Source of the DNA: Thermoplasmata archaeon
Lineage (GTDB): Archaea > Thermoplasmatota > Thermoplasmata > Methanomassiliicoccales > Methanomethylophilaceae
Direction of reading: 5' to 3'
NCBI GenBank assembly: GCA_015063195.1
Contig: SUSX01000001.1
Coordinates: 2,937 to 66,936, forward strand
DNA length: 64,000 nt
The notes beneath the pieces were generated by a model, which saw nothing but the letters and a program-made list of their open reading frames with translations, did not search any database and had not been told where the DNA came from. Below are positions 46,333-56,240 of the stretch, in pieces (within the stretch, counting starts at the first letter, position 1; each line of letters begins with the position of its first letter). Both the position numbers and the translations under genes were made by a program.

Positions 46333-46919
46333 ATTTCGTCGTAAGCAACCAGAATCGATGCCAATCTCGCATCGTCAGGGAGTCCTCTGAATTCACGGAT
46401 CATGTGATCGGTAGTCGGTGCAGGACTGCATGATACTACATTTTTACATCCGTTAGATTCGTTAAGTTCCGGGAATGATACGGGGGGCATGATGAACTGT
46501 TCACCGCTTCCGGGTGTCGGAACTATGTTAAGGAATACAACAAAACCGTCAGATACCATAAGGCAGTCGTCTTTACCGATATAATTGTCCTGGGTATCAG
46601 GGAAAACCTCCACTCCCATAATCTGTCCGTCCGTACATTTGAGGACTACAGTAGGTTCTGGCGGAGGTCTGAAACGTGGATCTTTGATGATGCAAATGAT
46701 TCTATCTCTCTTCAATGCTTCATTGAGTCCGAGATTGAGGACTTCAGTACCTGTACCAGGTGAACATACGGTATCCTCTTCCGCTTTAATCTTTGAAAGG
46801 ATGTCACCCTCAAGATAGAAGGCTTCTCTTACGCCTCTCATCCCTTTGATGATTTCCAAAGGCACATCTGTCATAATGTACGAATCGCAGTCAACATTAA
46901 TAACTCTGGCTATGGTCAA
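46329..46919 (-). CDS. Hypothetical protein (196 aa)
   Basis: Clean ORF. The start is uncertain (TTG 46919 or ATG 46874). No motif recognised. Confidence 0.5.
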   Translation of the reverse strand: MTIARVINVDCDSYIMTDVPLEIIKGMRGVREAFYLEGDILSKIKAEEDTVCSPGTGTEVLNLGLNEALKRDRIICIIKDPRFRPPPEPTVVLKCTDGQIMGVEVFPDTQDNYIGKDDCLMVSDGFVVFLNIVPTPGSGEQFIMPPVSFPELNESNGCKNVVSCSPAPTTDHMIREFRGLPDDARLASILVAYDEI

Positions 46920-46958
46920 TACGAAAATACATTAATCATGTATGCCACTTAAGACAAT

Positions 46959-47261
46959 ATGTCTCTCAAAATGTTAGGTGAACGTGACCCGGAGGTTCTC
47001 CAATCATTATATCGTTACAGAAGAACGATCATGAAAGACGGTGCACTTTCCGTTAAACAAAAGGAATTAATCGCTCTGGCACTTTCGTCTGCCACAAAGT
47101 GTGAGAAGTGTCTGACACATCATGCGGAGCAGGCTAGGGCAGCAGGAGCTACCAATCAGGAGATACTTGAAACTCTTGAAGTTGTCATGTATATGGTCGG
47201 ACCGTCGGCGATGATCTGGTCGGAAGAAATTGACAACGTGGTTACAGATTCCCAGGAGTAA
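46959..47261 (+). CDS. Carboxymuconolactone decarboxylase / AhpD-like family protein
   Basis: CxxC..H motif (KCEKCLTHH); 100 aa. Confidence 0.75.
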   Translation: MSLKMLGERDPEVLQSLYRYRRTIMKDGALSVKQKELIALALSSATKCEKCLTHHAEQARAAGATNQEILETLEVVMYMVGPSAMIWSEEIDNVVTDSQE

Positions 47262-48198
47262 GATAGTTGTGGAATAACTCCTTGACATCTACCACGCCTA
47301 TGGCTGCTATGGCAGTGCCGTCGTAATCAATCGGAGTAACGATGACCCTTATTCCTTTGTACGGTCCCGATTCGGCAATTGTCCTGAATGTCTTCCCGGT
47401 CTGAATACACTCTTCCAGCACATCTCCTGTGTATGCATTGTCGATGACCATTCCGTCTTCGATTCTGATACCGAGGTTGTTCCTATGCTTGGCACATACT
47501 GGCAATCCACCTACAAGTTCGTGGATTGCAAAAGCCAAAGCTATTAGATCATTGGTATTGCTGGGTGAAAGAATAAGATCCTTCAGTTCCTGTTTGAACT
47601 TCAGTCCTCCCAGGAGAGACAGTGCGACGGACACTGCTCCTTTCTCAGCATCCTCTGGAGTCCTGGCTGTACCTATAATCAAAACATCATCGTTTCTGAG
47701 CCTGAACATTTTCATGAACGTTTCTTCAACTCTTGGGTCAACTCTGTCATCCTTGCCTCCCAAGCTTGGGAAATAAAGGTGTCCGTCGATAAAAACAAGT
47801 GTTGTGGCACCTAATGCACCGTTCTTAATGGCTTCATCGCTTTCTTCGATTCCGTATTTGATTTTCCTGGATGCAAAAGGAATTCTTACTGCACAGTCAT
47901 AATCGCTGATAGTAAGTCCTGGCATGTTCAAGTGGGCTACATCCATCATGATCTTGTTTTTGATCTTCGCTCCTTCTTCCGACAGATAGATTCCGGTTTT
48001 GTTTGTATACGTGCAACCGTGTCTGTCAAGGAGTGTAAGCAGAGTACGTGTACTTCCCTCACCTATTCCGAGGATTGTGGAAAGTTTCTTTCTGCCGATG
48101 GGTATGGATTCCTCTATGCACATGAGCGCCTTCCAAACATGATAGTTTGTGAATTTTGCAGATGAACTGGGCAGGTTTCCAGGATTTCCCTTCATCAA
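47242..48198 (-). CDS. Winged-HTH protein with a large uncharacterised C-terminal region (possibly DUF4443/DUF2111-like)
   Basis: N-terminal IGRKKLSTILGIGEGSTRTLLTLLDRHG (HTH). C-terminal GPYKGIRVIVTPI.YDGTAIAAIGVVD. The DUF names are from memory and unverified. Confidence 0.55.
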   Translation of the reverse strand: MMKGNPGNLPSSSAKFTNYHVWKALMCIEESIPIGRKKLSTILGIGEGSTRTLLTLLDRHGCTYTNKTGIYLSEEGAKIKNKIMMDVAHLNMPGLTISDYDCAVRIPFASRKIKYGIEESDEAIKNGALGATTLVFIDGHLYFPSLGGKDDRVDPRVEETFMKMFRLRNDDVLIIGTARTPEDAEKGAVSVALSLLGGLKFKQELKDLILSPSNTNDLIALAFAIHELVGGLPVCAKHRNNLGIRIEDGMVIDNAYTGDVLEECIQTGKTFRTIAESGPYKGIRVIVTPIDYDGTAIAAIGVVDVKELFHNYLTPGNL

Positions 48199-48385
48199 AT
48201 AGGAATATAGCTCACATTATAAAGGCTCTTCTGGGTTTCTAGGTATTGACCTCTCTTGGAGAATCAATTTCCCAAGGAAAAATCTCAGTTCTTAACGATG
48301 TTTACGAAAATCTTTATTTAACATACCTTAAACGTGCGTGCGTAATATCCCTATCTTTATAAGGGATTAGAGCGTGTTCGGACTC

Positions 48386-50008
48386 ATGATGGAAAACGGC
48401 ATAGAGCTTCTTAAGGTGGAAAATGTTACAAAGAAGTTCGAAGGCAGAGTAGTTTTAGACAATATTTCATTCACGCTCCGTACCGGGGAAATATTGGGTT
48501 TGATCGGAAAGAGTGCAGCAGGAAAGAGTGTCCTCATCCATATGATCAGAGGATCCGATGGTTACAAGCCTGATGCAGGAAAGATTCTGTACCACGTCAA
48601 CCATTGCCCCAAGTGTAACGGATTGAGCGTACCTATCGAAGGAGAGGTATGTCCCCACTGTAATGAGAAATACGAGACCAAATGGGTCGACTTCTGGGGA
48701 CTTCCTGTAAGGGACAAACTCAGACAGGAACTCAAGGGACGTATCTCGATCATGCTTCAGAGAACATTCGCTCTCTTCGGAGATCACACAGTTCTCGAGA
48801 ATCTTTTCGAAGCCATGCCCGAGGATCTTTCAGAACCTGAGAAAGTCAACAAGGCAATCGAGCTGTTAGACTTTGTCAATATGACACACAGGACCACTCA
48901 CATTGCAAGGGATCTCTCAGGAGGAGAGAAACAGAGGGTCGTCATGGCAAGACAGCTCGCAAAGGATCCTATCTTCTTCCTTGCGGATGAGCCCACAGGA
49001 ACATTGGATCCGTACACAGCAAATCTCGTCCACGAGAGGTTGGTAAAATATGTTCGTGAACACAACATCTGTATGGTGTTCGCATCACACTGGCCGGACG
49101 CAATCGACAAGATGGCTGATATAGCAATCTGGTTGGATGCAGGAAAAGTGGTCATGCAGGGTGAACCGGGTGCAATTACCAGCAAGTTCATGGAGGAATA
49201 TGACTTCAAGAGAGGTGAAGAGTACGAGACAGGAGAGACTCTCATCAGACTTAAGGATGCCAAGAAGCACTACTTCTCAGTCGTAAGGGGAGTCGTCAAG
49301 GCAGTAGATGGTGTAACATTCGAAGTCAAGGAAGGAGAGGTCTTTGCACTGTGCGGATTCTCCGGAGCAGGAAAGACCACAACATCCCGTATGATTTCAG
49401 GTATGACTCCTTCAACAGGCGGAAGTGTCGAAATCAAAATCGGAGACACATGGGTTGACATGAACGATCCCGGAGAGGGAGGAAAGGGAAGGGCAACACA
49501 GTACATCGGTGTCCTTCACCAGGAATTCACACTTTATCCATTCGACACAGTTCTGATGAATCTTACTTCAAGCATCGGTATCAAGATGCCTGCAGAACTT
49601 GCAAAGATCAAGGCAATCCACGCATTGATCAGCGTTGGATTCCCCAGAGAGAATATCGAGAACGTCCTTCAGTCATATCCTGACGCACTTTCAGTCGGAG
49701 AATGTCAGAGGATTGCATTCGCACAGGTTCTCATCAAGGAGCCCAGGATTGTTATTCTGGATGAGCCTACAGGAACAATGGACCCGATTACAAAGGTCAC
49801 TGTAGCAAAAGCCGTTCTCAAAGCAAGATCAGATCTCAATGAGACATTCATTGTGGTAAGTCACGATATGGACTTTATCCTCAACTGTTGTGACCGTGCA
49901 ATTCTTATGAGAGACGGAAAGATCTCATCTATCGGCAATGCCGAAGAAATTGTTGAGAAGCTCAAGGTTGTAGAGAAGGAAATTATTGAGTCCGGCGGTG
50001 AGTTATGA
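48386..50008 (+). CDS. atwA: Methyl-coenzyme M reductase system component A2 (tandem ABC ATPase)
   Basis: Two Walker A motifs ([16 protein letters not shown]), two signatures ([16 protein letters not shown]), and a Zn-ribbon insert CPKC...CPHC. ATG at 48386 is preferred over GTG at 48374. Confidence 0.85.
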   Translation: MMENGIELLKVENVTKKFEGRVVLDNISFTLRTGEILGLIGKSAAGKSVLIHMIRGSDGYKPDAGKILYHVNHCPKCNGLSVPIEGEVCPHCNEKYETKWVDFWGLPVRDKLRQELKGRISIMLQRTFALFGDHTVLENLFEAMPEDLSEPEKVNKAIELLDFVNMTHRTTHIARDLSGGEKQRVVMARQLAKDPIFFLADEPTGTLDPYTANLVHERLVKYVREHNICMVFASHWPDAIDKMADIAIWLDAGKVVMQGEPGAITSKFMEEYDFKRGEEYETGETLIRLKDAKKHYFSVVRGVVKAVDGVTFEVKEGEVFALCGFSGAGKTTTSRMISGMTPSTGGSVEIKIGDTWVDMNDPGEGGKGRATQYIGVLHQEFTLYPFDTVLMNLTSSIGIKMPAELAKIKAIHALISVGFPRENIENVLQSYPDALSVGECQRIAFAQVLIKEPRIVILDEPTGTMDPITKVTVAKAVLKARSDLNETFIVVSHDMDFILNCCDRAILMRDGKISSIGNAEEIVEKLKVVEKEIIESGGEL

Positions 50009-50631
50009 AACAGAGGATAGGAAGACACCTCAGTTTCGTAGAATGCAGGGAATCTATGGGAATGGGACAGGGCGGAGGCCTTGCCCAGAGAGCAACAATC
50101 TCAGAGAGCGGCAGGGACGTCGTGGCAATTGCAATGGGTCCCGGACGCAGACACATCACCAAGCCCGTCTGTGAGATTACATATGCCCTGAGGGAAGAAG
50201 GAATAGACACTTCGGTTCTTGTTTTGAATGCAGGAGCGGGGGTGCCTGCAGATGCACCGGACGTTTCACACGGACAGTGCATGGGATTGGATCCTATAGA
50301 AGTAGAGAGGATACAGCAGTTCAAGGTTGCATTAATCCATCTGGGAAATGTCAAGAACCACATCATCTGGAAAGCCAGGTTGATTCTCAGGAATGTTGAC
50401 ATTCCCGCAATCGTAGTATCTCAGTGTCCTTTGGATTTCGAGGATTTTGCAGCAATCGGTGTGAAGACTAAAGATGTCATGCCGGATGATGACAACATCA
50501 ACACGAAAGGTTCCATACAGGAAATTGTCACAGGAGTAATCAGAGGAGTATCCTGTCCACAGGATAAGTTGGATGAGATCGTCTCCAAGGTTCAGAGCAT
50601 GATGCCCGACATCGGAGGGAAAGAGGAATGA
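50005..50631 (+). CDS. mcrC: McrC-like protein (MCR operon protein C family)
   Basis: [17 protein letters not shown] and [20 protein letters not shown] resemble McrC. 208 aa. ATGA coupling to atwA. Confidence 0.7.
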   Translation: MKQRIGRHLSFVECRESMGMGQGGGLAQRATISESGRDVVAIAMGPGRRHITKPVCEITYALREEGIDTSVLVLNAGAGVPADAPDVSHGQCMGLDPIEVERIQQFKVALIHLGNVKNHIIWKARLILRNVDIPAIVVSQCPLDFEDFAAIGVKTKDVMPDDDNINTKGSIQEIVTGVIRGVSCPQDKLDEIVSKVQSMMPDIGGKEE

Positions 50632-52142
50632 AGGTAACTGTGAACGGTGTTGAGGTCGAACTCAAAAAAGGGGCCACACTCAAGGATGCTCTGGCAGATA
50701 CAGACTATGTGGACGGTACTGTGGTATCGATTCACAAATCCACAGAATCTCTGACAATAGAGTCTGAGGACTTTGAAGTAGTAACTACCAAGGGAACATT
50801 CTGTGTCCATCTCAACGATTCCGAATATGCAGAACTGTGGAAAGCAAAAGTATCTGAGATTTCTGGTTCCACCGCCAGATGGGTCACTCATGATATCGCA
50901 GCATTCGGTTCATTTCCTACAGAGTTGCCTGTAGAGAGGACAGAGAATCTCTATCGCAAATACGATCTGTTCTTTTCACTCGGAGGTTTTGACAGTTCGA
51001 CAACATATGTGATGGTTGCCAGAGAGGATCACACATGGAACTACGGTGCAGGAAAAGCACTTATCGGAAGAGTCACCAGAGGAAGACATGTTATCGAGAA
51101 TCTTACAGAGGAGGATTCCATCACCTCCATCGGACCGGTGACATCCGAAGAGATTACTGAGAACTTTGTAGTGACTTCCGATCTTAAGGTCAAACTCGAA
51201 GAGGGAAACATTATCGATACCGCAGTAAGGGTCAAGGTCAATATGAACTGCCCTGAATCAGCGGAACATCTCATGATCATATCTCAGAAGAAGTACGTCA
51301 ATGCAACGGAGGCATCCGGAAGTTTTGTCGGATCATATGATGATACTGATGTAAAGATAGCCAAAGAGGAATGTAGTGTAAGGGAAGACGGAGCAGTCTT
51401 TGTACGTAACTCAGGCGTAGGAACGGGACGTGTATTCTTCTACAAAGAGAGAAGGCAGACTTCCCAGAATCATAACCACATCGGAGATATCGTTGCAGGA
51501 AAGTCCATTATTTCTTCAGCAAAAGACGGGGACAAAATCGCACTTGTCACGGAACCCAAAAGGACATTGACTGTCGGTATGACAATGGCCGAGGGAGAAG
51601 CATACCTCAGGGCTTCCGGTATAGAAGTGGAGAGAGTAGGTGAAACCTCTGATGAATCCATTATCGTGGAACAGACCCCTGAAATGACGGTCACACTTCT
51701 CAATGAAGGAAAAGCAAAGTTGTTCGGAGTAAAGAAGGGAGACATCTACAGAATATCCCTTGATCGTAAGAGGGAACAGGATGTCCATTACTTTGAGAAG
51801 ATTACAGGACTCAATCACAAACCCATCGGTTCCCTGAAGGTATACTTCTGGTTTGAGGGAATGTCTATGGTTACATTCACAGGTGATGAGGAGAAGGGTA
51901 AATCGCTCTATCCTACCGATCCGTTCAAGAAATGTAAGCGCGGAGATCTCGGTCTGACAAATCAGGCATGCGGACACCGCGGAACCATAGGAATCAGGTT
52001 GGAAGACAGTAAGAGCTACGGACCGACCGGAGAGGAGGCTTTCGGTACCAATATTTTCGGTAAGTTCCTCGGCGACCTGGATAAATTTACGGAGTCTCTC
52101 GAAGACGGAAAGACAGTTTACATCACGGAGTTGGAGTTATGA
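50628..52142 (+). CDS. Methanogenesis marker protein 3
   Basis: 504 aa, position in the conserved marker-gene string, and ATGA coupling on both sides. Confidence 0.65.
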   Translation: MKVTVNGVEVELKKGATLKDALADTDYVDGTVVSIHKSTESLTIESEDFEVVTTKGTFCVHLNDSEYAELWKAKVSEISGSTARWVTHDIAAFGSFPTELPVERTENLYRKYDLFFSLGGFDSSTTYVMVAREDHTWNYGAGKALIGRVTRGRHVIENLTEEDSITSIGPVTSEEITENFVVTSDLKVKLEEGNIIDTAVRVKVNMNCPESAEHLMIISQKKYVNATEASGSFVGSYDDTDVKIAKEECSVREDGAVFVRNSGVGTGRVFFYKERRQTSQNHNHIGDIVAGKSIISSAKDGDKIALVTEPKRTLTVGMTMAEGEAYLRASGIEVERVGETSDESIIVEQTPEMTVTLLNEGKAKLFGVKKGDIYRISLDRKREQDVHYFEKITGLNHKPIGSLKVYFWFEGMSMVTFTGDEEKGKSLYPTDPFKKCKRGDLGLTNQACGHRGTIGIRLEDSKSYGPTGEEAFGTNIFGKFLGDLDKFTESLEDGKTVYITELEL

Positions 52143-52558
52143 GTGCAGAGAGGGAAACCAGACTTTTGATGATTTGCCCTTCGGCAAAGATTACCCCTGA
52201 AATGCTCGTCCGTTCGATTCATTCTTTGGACATCAATGTGTCACTGAAGGAGACATGTTACGGATGTCTCATAGAAGGTACACAGAAGGATGTAAGGGAT
52301 GTAGTGGAGTATGTAAGGCAGTTGGAGAAAAATGCCATCTTCACGAAGAGAAGAGCATACCACATGGGTGATCCCGTAAGATGCCGTGCACGCCACGGAA
52401 CAAGGCCCGGATTCTCACAGCTTGAAGAGGAGTGGAGTAAGCTCCCTGTGATTAAAGCAGGTCTTGATTCATTAGATAGAGGCGAAAAGTACGTAGATTC
52501 GTCTAAAAAAGAAAAACTTTCAGTAGTCAAATTAAAAGAAATATGTGAGGTGAAATGA
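52139..52558 (+). CDS. Methanogenesis marker protein 6 (assignment of 6 versus 5 rests on size and order)
   Basis: 139 aa; ATGA coupling on both sides. Confidence 0.55.
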   Translation: MSAERETRLLMICPSAKITPEMLVRSIHSLDINVSLKETCYGCLIEGTQKDVRDVVEYVRQLEKNAIFTKRRAYHMGDPVRCRARHGTRPGFSQLEEEWSKLPVIKAGLDSLDRGEKYVDSSKKEKLSVVKLKEICEVK

Positions 52559-52992
52559 TGAAGATCTTCATCGATCCGCCGAACAGTATGATACTGTTCG
52601 ATTTAGTAGAGAGGTTCGGACATGAACCACTCAGTACAATGGCAGCTCTCCAGGAGAAAATAGACAACATAGAGGTGGACATGCCCCCTATGAACGTCAC
52701 ATTGGATGATGTAGTAAAAGGACTCAAATACGCAGGTATCGAGGTCCCCTCAGGTGTAAGGGGAAGGCTCGCAATATGGGGTCCGATGATTGAAGAGGCA
52801 GATGCAGCCATAGTAATCGAGGAGGCACCGTTCGAATTCGGATGCGTCGGTTGTGAACGTTCTGAACTCATGGTGAAGTATCTTCTTCAGAGGCGCGGAA
52901 TACCTGTCCTTAAACTGGATTATCCCGGGGATGAGGAAGATGGAAAGGTCTTTGTCGGTAAGATAAAGGAATTCTTGGAGGGATTGAATTGA
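52555..52992 (+). CDS. Methanogenesis marker protein 5 (assignment of 5 versus 6 rests on size and order)
   Basis: 145 aa; [23 protein letters not shown]-terminus. Confidence 0.55.
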   Translation: MMKIFIDPPNSMILFDLVERFGHEPLSTMAALQEKIDNIEVDMPPMNVTLDDVVKGLKYAGIEVPSGVRGRLAIWGPMIEEADAAIVIEEAPFEFGCVGCERSELMVKYLLQRRGIPVLKLDYPGDEEDGKVFVGKIKEFLEGLN

Positions 52993-54215
52993 TTAAGATT
53001 GCACAGTTATCATGCGGAACCGAGTACAGCAGTGTACAGTACGAGATTGAAAAGGCCGCACGCAGTGTAGGTGCCAAGACAGTTTATCCCGATGTTTCTG
53101 CAGCAGACGTCAACAAGGCAATAGAGCGCTTCGGATTCAAGCCCAGGTCCGCTCAGCTCAAACTCATGATTGCAAGGGCTGTACAGCTTGCAGACGGAAA
53201 CTACGATGCAGATGCAGTTTTCATCACTACATGTTTCAGATGTGCAGAAGCAGCACTTGTCAGGAACGAGCTTAGGAGATTCATTCAGGAAAACACAAAC
53301 CTCCCTGTAGTCACATATTCATTCACAGAGAGGATGAAAGCTTCACAGCTTCTCACAAGAATGGAAGCTCTTGTCACAATCGTCACAAGGAAGGAACTCC
53401 TTGCAAGAGAGAGACAGGCAGGTCTCACAATGGGTCTTGATTCCGGTTCTTCCACTACAAAGGCTGTTGTTATGCTCAATAACAAAATTATCGGAAAGGC
53501 ATGGACTCCTTCACACAATGTCGTTGAATCTGCTACACAGGTTATGAATGAAGCATTGGAGATGGCAGGATATGAGTACAAGGACCTCGAAGCCATCGGT
53601 ACAACAGGTTACGGCCGTTTCACACTCGGCAATCATTTCAGTGACAAGGTCAAACTGATTCAGGAAGAGCTTACCGTCAACTCCAAGGGTGCTGTATGGC
53701 TCGCTGACAGGCAGAAAGGAGAGGCAACAATCATCGATATCGGAGGAATGGATAACAAAGCCATCACAATCCGTAACGGTATCCCAGACAACTTCACAAT
53801 GGGTGGAGTTTGTGCAGGAGCATCCGGACGTTTCCTCGAGATGACCGCAAAGAGGCTGAGAATCGATGTTACAGAGCTGGGTGCACTGGCAGACGTGGGA
53901 GACTGGAGGAATGCAAGGATGAACTCATACTGTTCAGTCTTCGGTATCCAGGACTTGGTTACGACACTCGGAGACGGAAAGAAGTTCGAGGATGTAGCCG
54001 CAGCAGCATGTCACTCAGTCGCAGAACAGGTGTACGAACAGCAGCTTCAGGAAATCGATGTAAGGCACCCAATCATTCAGGTCGGAGGAACATCATTGAT
54101 CTCCGGTCTTGTGAAGGCTGTGGGAGAAGTACTCGGAGAGAGACCAATCGTTCCCGAGAACTCACAGTTTATCGGTGCGGTCGGAGGAGCTCTGCTCAGT
54201 TCAGGATTCCTGTGA
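52989..54215 (+). CDS. Methanogenesis marker protein 15 (BadF/BcrAD/HgdC-like ASKHA ATPase)
   Basis: [12 protein letters not shown] and IDIGGMDNK phosphate motifs. 408 aa. TTG start in a TTGA overlap. Confidence 0.7.
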   Translation: MIKIAQLSCGTEYSSVQYEIEKAARSVGAKTVYPDVSAADVNKAIERFGFKPRSAQLKLMIARAVQLADGNYDADAVFITTCFRCAEAALVRNELRRFIQENTNLPVVTYSFTERMKASQLLTRMEALVTIVTRKELLARERQAGLTMGLDSGSSTTKAVVMLNNKIIGKAWTPSHNVVESATQVMNEALEMAGYEYKDLEAIGTTGYGRFTLGNHFSDKVKLIQEELTVNSKGAVWLADRQKGEATIIDIGGMDNKAITIRNGIPDNFTMGGVCAGASGRFLEMTAKRLRIDVTELGALADVGDWRNARMNSYCSVFGIQDLVTTLGDGKKFEDVAAAACHSVAEQVYEQQLQEIDVRHPIIQVGGTSLISGLVKAVGEVLGERPIVPENSQFIGAVGGALLSSGFL

Positions 54216-54224
54216 GGGTTGAAT

Positions 54225-54806
54225 ATGCAGGTAGATGTCGTTGGACCTGACGAGTACGGCAATGCAGCATATGCAAAGCTGTTCGAGAATATAGTCGGGG
54301 ACATCGGAAAGACATTCATGATCAAAAGGTCGAAGCTCGTCCTTATGCCTGAACTTCCATTCTTCGGATTTTCAGTGATACTCAGGAACGCACCTGGAAA
54401 CAAAACGGTGTCGGATGCAGCATCATTCAGGCCTGAGGGTTCCGACCTGTACATCACAATATCAAACGAGCGTTATGCACCTGAAATCCTTTCGATACTC
54501 TGGAAACAGTACGGACGTAATAACGTCATACAGCAGACCAGATTCGATATCCTTATTCACGATGCTAAGGAGGAGGACGTCAGAGATGTGATTATCGCAT
54601 CCGGAGAAGAGGTTGTAAAGGAGATGCTCGGTGCATTCTGGAGGGCCCTTCCCGAAGGTATCAGGGTTAGGGAAACGTTCGTTGACGGAAAGGTCATAAC
54701 AGTGATGGCTGTCGAAGAGATAATGACTCCAGGTGCTTTTGAAATGGCTAAAGAGCTTCACAATGAAATGATCAAACTCGGAGAGGAGAGTGAGATTTTT
54801 GTTTGA
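54225..54806 (+). CDS. Methanogenesis marker protein 17
   Basis: ~193 aa and position in the string. ATG at 54225 is preceded by GTGAGGG. Confidence 0.6.
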   Translation: MQVDVVGPDEYGNAAYAKLFENIVGDIGKTFMIKRSKLVLMPELPFFGFSVILRNAPGNKTVSDAASFRPEGSDLYITISNERYAPEILSILWKQYGRNNVIQQTRFDILIHDAKEEDVRDVIIASGEEVVKEMLGAFWRALPEGIRVRETFVDGKVITVMAVEEIMTPGAFEMAKELHNEMIKLGEESEIFV

Positions 54807-54813
54807 AGTCATA

Positions 54814-55734
54814 ATGTATGACGGAGGAGTTTACCGTTCCGCAGAACTCTATGAGGCCATAGAGGATGTGGGAGGAACCGTACTTCATTTCAATCGTAGT
54901 GCACAGATGCTGACCGTCACGATGTCCGTTCCGGAAGAGGACAGGGGTGTCATAGAGAAGATTTCCAAGGAGATCGGCGGTGAAATAAGAAGTGTACCTT
55001 TGGCAGGTACGGAAATCGCCGTAGTTGGATGCACATTGGGAAGGCATCATATGCCCCATCCGATTTGTGATATTGCAGAAGTCCTTAGGGAAAGCGGTTC
55101 CATCTCAGTCGTTATGGGAATTGCCAGAGGAAGAGGAAAGAACACGTCCCAGATCTCTAAGAAAGAGTTGGAGATCATTAACGAGTATGATGCAGTAATC
55201 TTTATGCTCGGTAACTTCAAGTCATGTGTAGAAACCAAGAGATTCCTCTTGGAAGACATCACTGTGCCAGTAGTTCTGGTATGCGGACCTCAGCCTGACG
55301 GAATGGATGACATATGTGAAGCAATAGTTCCCGGTGTCGGAAGAAAGGCCGAAAGGATGAGACTTCCCGACGAGAGGGAAAAGCTTCGTGAGATTTCATC
55401 GGTTATCATCGATGTGATACACAACAAGAAGAGGATGCTTGAAGAGGATCCGTTGTTCATACATCCTGCAGAACTGAAGATTCTGCTGGAGAATTATGAA
55501 CCCATCGACATGTGTCTCCGCCCTGCACCCATCGTACTCCATCTTGACGGACTCAGAGTGAAGATTCCGTACAAGGAGCACAAAGAGTATTTCGACAATC
55601 TTGATGTCTACGGACGTAAGCTCAGTGAAATTGCCGAAATTACCGAATCTAAGATGGCTGACAACAGTACGTTGATCAGAATCAAGACCAAGTCACAGGT
55701 CGAGGACATGGATTCACGTGCAGGATCGGAATAA
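54814..55734 (+). CDS. Methanogenesis marker protein 7
   Basis: ~306 aa and position in the string. The start is ambiguous (GTG 54790 overlapping mmp17, or ATG 54814). Confidence 0.6.
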   Translation: MYDGGVYRSAELYEAIEDVGGTVLHFNRSAQMLTVTMSVPEEDRGVIEKISKEIGGEIRSVPLAGTEIAVVGCTLGRHHMPHPICDIAEVLRESGSISVVMGIARGRGKNTSQISKKELEIINEYDAVIFMLGNFKSCVETKRFLLEDITVPVVLVCGPQPDGMDDICEAIVPGVGRKAERMRLPDEREKLREISSVIIDVIHNKKRMLEEDPLFIHPAELKILLENYEPIDMCLRPAPIVLHLDGLRVKIPYKEHKEYFDNLDVYGRKLSEIAEITESKMADNSTLIRIKTKSQVEDMDSRAGSE

Positions 55735-56152
55735 TTCAATCAGAAGGGGGACCTACCTCCTTCTCCTAACTTTTTCAGAGGATGCAGAGGTATCAGTTGG
55801 TTCGCTCGGCACAGTAAATCTATGTGCTGGAACATATTGCTATGTAGGCAGTGCTATGGGCGGATTGGATCAGAGAGTAGGCAGACATCTGTCCAAAGAC
55901 AAGAAAGTACGCTGGCATATTGACAGACTTACTCTTTTGGCGGATTCGATGCATGCATATGAATCTTATCCGGATTTTGTTCCCGAATGTGAATTGGCAT
56001 CGGTTTTGGAATCATCAGGCGGGATCCCTGCAGTGAAAGGATTCGGGTGTTCGGACTGTAGTTGTTTCACACATCTTTTCAGAGTTGAAGACCGGATAAT
56101 TCTGGATATCGTTTCAAGGTTAGGCTTGAATAAATTCCACCCAGATGATTGA
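55718..56152 (+). CDS. DUF123 / GIY-YIG-like nuclease-fold protein
   Basis: GTYCYVGSA...RVGRHL...VRWHIDRL pattern. The GTG start overlaps the mmp7 stop by 17 nt. Confidence 0.7.
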   Translation: MQDRNNSIRRGTYLLLLTFSEDAEVSVGSLGTVNLCAGTYCYVGSAMGGLDQRVGRHLSKDKKVRWHIDRLTLLADSMHAYESYPDFVPECELASVLESSGGIPAVKGFGCSDCSCFTHLFRVEDRIILDIVSRLGLNKFHPDD

Positions 56153-56240
56153 TTTTTACCTTTTTGCAGACCAAAGTATTATTAAATCAAATCTTATATC
56201 GCCCCTTATTAAGTCACACGTATAATGTGGAGGACGGAAA

